Source: Nitrosopumilus sp.
GTDB lineage: Archaea; Thermoproteota; Nitrososphaeria; Nitrososphaerales; Nitrosopumilaceae
Reading direction: 5' to 3'
Assembly (NCBI GenBank): GCA_965214775.1
Contig: OZ243974.1
Span: forward strand, 1,632,001-1,696,000
DNA: 64,000 bases
In this document: positions 61,279-64,000 of the stretch, piece after piece
Position numbering within the stretch: position 1 is the stretch's first letter
How the letters are laid out: each line of letters opens with the position of its first letter
Notes under the pieces: generated by a model
What the model saw: only the letters and a program-made list of their open reading frames with translations
What the model was told of the DNA's origin: nothing
Databases searched by the model: none
Position numbers and translations under genes: made by a program

Positions 61279-61696
61279 GGCAAAGCTCCTCAATCAGATC
61301 CCTTTTGTGCAGGGGAGTGGGTCTTGAAAATTTTACTGGAAAAGTAATTGTCAGCATGTCCTGGTCCGTATGGGAGATTCTGACTGAATGAGCGTTTCTG
61401 TTTGTTCCAGACAGAAACCTCTTCCATTTGTCTAGATGCAGGTGAACCCTTCTGACATTGTTATCGACCTCAAAGATGTCAGTATCCAAATCAGTATCAA
61501 ACAAGCCGAATTTTACAAGAGGCACCATTACAACGCCGCCTGGAATCTTATCGTGGTTTTTTAGCATGTCTGATATGATTTCAGACGCATTTTCTTTTGG
61601 ATGGATGTCTCCATAATCAGGATCAAAGTAGCCTGCCACCATTCTCTTTGAATCATAAATTCTGAAAAAATCCTCATCAAAGTCCAGCTTCCACAA
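61241..61696 (-). CDS. Hypothetical protein
   Basis: 151-aa ORF with globular composition. Confidence 0.72.
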   Translation of the reverse strand: MWKLDFDEDFFRIYDSKRMVAGYFDPDYGDIHPKENASEIISDMLKNHDKIPGGVVMVPLVKFGLFDTDLDTDIFEVDNNVRRVHLHLDKWKRFLSGTNRNAHSVRISHTDQDMLTITFPVKFSRPTPLHKRDLIEELCPTLDLLKRSDLL

Positions 61697-61771
61697 TGAC
61701 TGTGCATGAAATTGTGGCTAAATAACAGTTTATCAAAGACAGTTAAATAAACTCAAAAACAGAAGAGACAT

Positions 61772-62098
61772 ATGGCAATTTCAAAAGAGAACAAGGATTT
61801 CATTGAAAGCTTGATTGACTATTACATCAGCGAATCAGAATCATACAAGCAGATTGCAGAGAATTTTGTTCCGGCAGTCGAATCCGTCTCAGATACTGCA
61901 TTTGGAATCATTACGGGATGCGTGTATTCGGGATTTTTACAGGCATATCAGAACCAGCAGCAAACCCCAGGTCTGGAGGATATGAGGGAGTTCAATGAGA
62001 TTGTCAAAAAAAAGGCCCCGCTTATGAAAAAGGCAATAACTGGGCCTGCAAAAGACGGTTATGAGCCAGAGAAGAAAGAAGACGGTTCTGAAGAATAA
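61772..62098 (+). CDS. Hypothetical protein
   Basis: 108-aa ORF after TTAAATAA. Confidence 0.75.
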   Translation: MAISKENKDFIESLIDYYISESESYKQIAENFVPAVESVSDTAFGIITGCVYSGFLQAYQNQQQTPGLEDMREFNEIVKKKAPLMKKAITGPAKDGYEPEKKEDGSEE

Positions 62099-62300
62099 CT
62101 GAGTGCCCAGAGGAAAACATATTTCTGCCTGCATCATTGGATGCGGCCGTGCTATCCCGGATGCACAAATGTGGCGTTAGCCGGCAGCAGCCGACAAAAA
62201 AAATTCATGTCACCACACTTGGCGTAAAAGTCACCGGTGATCAAACACTGGTTTTGAGAAAGTCAGTTACAGTTTAATCTGGCACAAACTGCCAAAAATC

Positions 62301-62393
62301 ATGCACGTAGACGGCAGCAAGATCATTTTCGGGTTGGGGGTGGCAGCAGCCGTGGCCACTGCAGCAGTTGCGTTGTTTTTTGCAATCAGTTAG
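62301..62393 (+). CDS. Possible 30-aa single-TM microprotein
   Basis: MHVDGSKIIFGLGVAAAVATAAVALFFAIS; hydrophobic pattern only. Confidence 0.3.
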   Translation: MHVDGSKIIFGLGVAAAVATAAVALFFAIS

Positions 62394-62423
62394 AGATAAA
62401 TCATTTAAGAGATTAGGAGATTC

Positions 62424-62744
62424 ATGTCAGCTACAAATGAATTCAGAATTACGCAGATAGTGGACAACGGGCAAATGGTACAACTCACGCTAATTGAAAA
62501 CGTATCAACAGAACCGATTTCACAAAAACAAATGATTATGGAAAACGTCTCAAAAAGGGTCGATGCTGAAACCAAAGAGCAGATAATGCCGTTGCTAGAA
62601 GCAATGCTGCAAGCTCAGCCGACTGTAAACATCAAATCATACCAGCAAACACAAATCACAATGGGAATGCCAAAATCAAGATACGAGGGCATGGGAAGGC
62701 CCCAAGTGGGAGAGACCGTCCAAGTCGACATGAAAAAGAACTAG
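62424..62744 (+). CDS. Hypothetical protein
   Basis: 106-aa ORF after AGGAG; ends YEGMGRPQVGETVQV. Confidence 0.75.
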   Translation: MSATNEFRITQIVDNGQMVQLTLIENVSTEPISQKQMIMENVSKRVDAETKEQIMPLLEAMLQAQPTVNIKSYQQTQITMGMPKSRYEGMGRPQVGETVQVDMKKN

Positions 62745-64000
62745 AGACTGCTTCTTACTTCGTCTATCGTGCGTAAAGGCAGAGAGCATGTGAAATCCTT
62801 GCAGACAAACACCAAAGTCTTTTCCTCGAAATCCTTTCCTGCAAAGAAGGGAAATTCTGACAAGCCAGAGAGCTGCCCGCTGTTTTGAACCGTAACTAGA
62901 AATGAGTTTGGGATGTACTCGGATTGCAGTGTTTTGCACAGTTCAGAATTTTCAGGGTTGATTACGGTGATCTCAAGAGGCCCTTCAAGAAATATTGCAA
63001 CTGCATTTAACAGGTACCCAAATCCAAACGGGTTTTCAGCTGCCGCTTGTGCCTGACTTTCCATGGCTTTGGTGGAAATCTCGAGGAATTTGTCGTTCTG
63101 AGACAGATGGAACAGCCTCAGCATCACTAGCGCCGAGACGGAATTGCCAGACGGAAGCGACAAATCATGGTTGCTTTTTGGACGAATGATCAGTTTTTCA
63201 TGATTGTCTGAAGTCATAAAGAAACTGTTGTTTTCTGCATCCCAAAAGTGTTCGACTAGGATCTCTCCTAGCTTCAAGGCAAGCTTGAGATGCCTTGGTT
63301 CGGGGTCTATCTCAAAGACATCAAGCAGCGCATTGACAAAATACGAATAGTCCTCCAGATAGCCGTCAATCTTTGCAGTTCCATCTTTGTATGTTCGAAG
63401 TAGTTTACCGCCTTTGAGCAGGTTGTTTTCAATAAAATCAACACAGTTTCTGGCCGCATCCAGATATTTTTTATCCAGAGTCACGCGGTATCCTTTGGCA
63501 AAAGCAGTAACCATCAAGGCATTCCATGATACAAGGACTTTGTCATCCAAGCCGGGTGCAACCCGCTTTGAGCGAATCTCAAGCAGTTTTTCTGAACACT
63601 CTTTGAGTTTTGCCCTTGCTTGATCTTCGGTCATTCCAAAGTTAAATGCAACAGTTGATACGTTCAGACTGTTGCACAGGATGTTGTTTCCCTCCCAGTT
63701 GCCGCCATCAGTCACATCATAAAACAAGCAAAACAGGTCCGCGTCATTTCCAAGAATCTCTTTGATTTCGCTTTTTTTCCAAACATAGAATTTTCCTTCC
63801 ACTCCCTGAGAGTCTGCATCATACGCAGAATAGAACCCGCCTTCAGGGGAGGTCATTTCACGTATTACAAAATCCAATGTCATTCTAAGGACGTCCAGGT
63901 AAAACTGATCTTTTGTGATTTGATATGCTTCGGCATAGTTGACTGGAATCAGCGCATTGTCATACAGCATCTTTTCAAAATGTGGGACCAGCCACTTTGC
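62741..64000 (-). CDS. YyaL/SSP411-like thioredoxin-domain protein, C-terminal part (runs off the window)
   Basis: PHFEKMLYDNAL, GGFYSAYDADS, DDKVLVSWNALM, YLEDY, PSGNS. Confidence 0.93.
   Translation of the reverse strand, partial: AKWLVPHFEKMLYDNALIPVNYAEAYQITKDQFYLDVLRMTLDFVIREMTSPEGGFYSAYDADSQGVEGKFYVWKKSEIKEILGNDADLFCLFYDVTDGGNWEGNNILCNSLNVSTVAFNFGMTEDQARAKLKECSEKLLEIRSKRVAPGLDDKVLVSWNALMVTAFAKGYRVTLDKKYLDAARNCVDFIENNLLKGGKLLRTYKDGTAKIDGYLEDYSYFVNALLDVFEIDPEPRHLKLALKLGEILVEHFWDAENNSFFMTSDNHEKLIIRPKSNHDLSLPSGNSVSALVMLRLFHLSQNDKFLEISTKAMESQAQAAAENPFGFGYLLNAVAIFLEGPLEITVINPENSELCKTLQSEYIPNSFLVTVQNSGQLSGLSEFPFFAGKDFEEKTLVFVCKDFTCSLPLRTIDEVRSSL

Overview
This window looks like a chromosome segment from an ammonia-oxidising archaeon (Nitrosopumilaceae-like). 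It is probably host-associated, judging by the serpin, two giant surface proteins and heavy IS/MITE load. The AT-richer backbone carries thiL, a phosphohexomutase, three tRNAs, AIPR, a cupredoxin, a histone, tatD, ppa, pepF, pdaD, a DsbA-like protein, a DEAD-box helicase and a partial YyaL. Five kinds of accessory DNA interrupt it. (1) A NurA-like/HerA-like pair sits between tRNA-Thr(CGT) and a decayed copy of that tRNA's 3' half. (2) A three-gene RelE/YafQ-type toxin islet follows tRNA-Thr(TGT). (3) A GNAT toxin-antitoxin pair has its toxin split by an IS. (4) There are two intact IS5/ISL2-type elements, IS903-like, IS630-like and IS110 relics, and about nine MITE families. (5) Two paralogous GC-rich giant genes (2717 aa and about 4983 aa) encode beta-propeller, Ig-like and Venus-flytrap domains with a CFI-box-CTERM anchor. 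The two giant genes share a cassette layout. The same MITE, in opposite orientations, ends exactly 50 bp before a short upstream ORF. That ORF crosses a hairpin-embedded poly-G tract (G10 vs G12). Another MITE end lies exactly 43 bp after each stop codon. This is a candidate phase-variable, mobile surface-protein cassette. All calls come from reading motifs by eye; no database searches were run.
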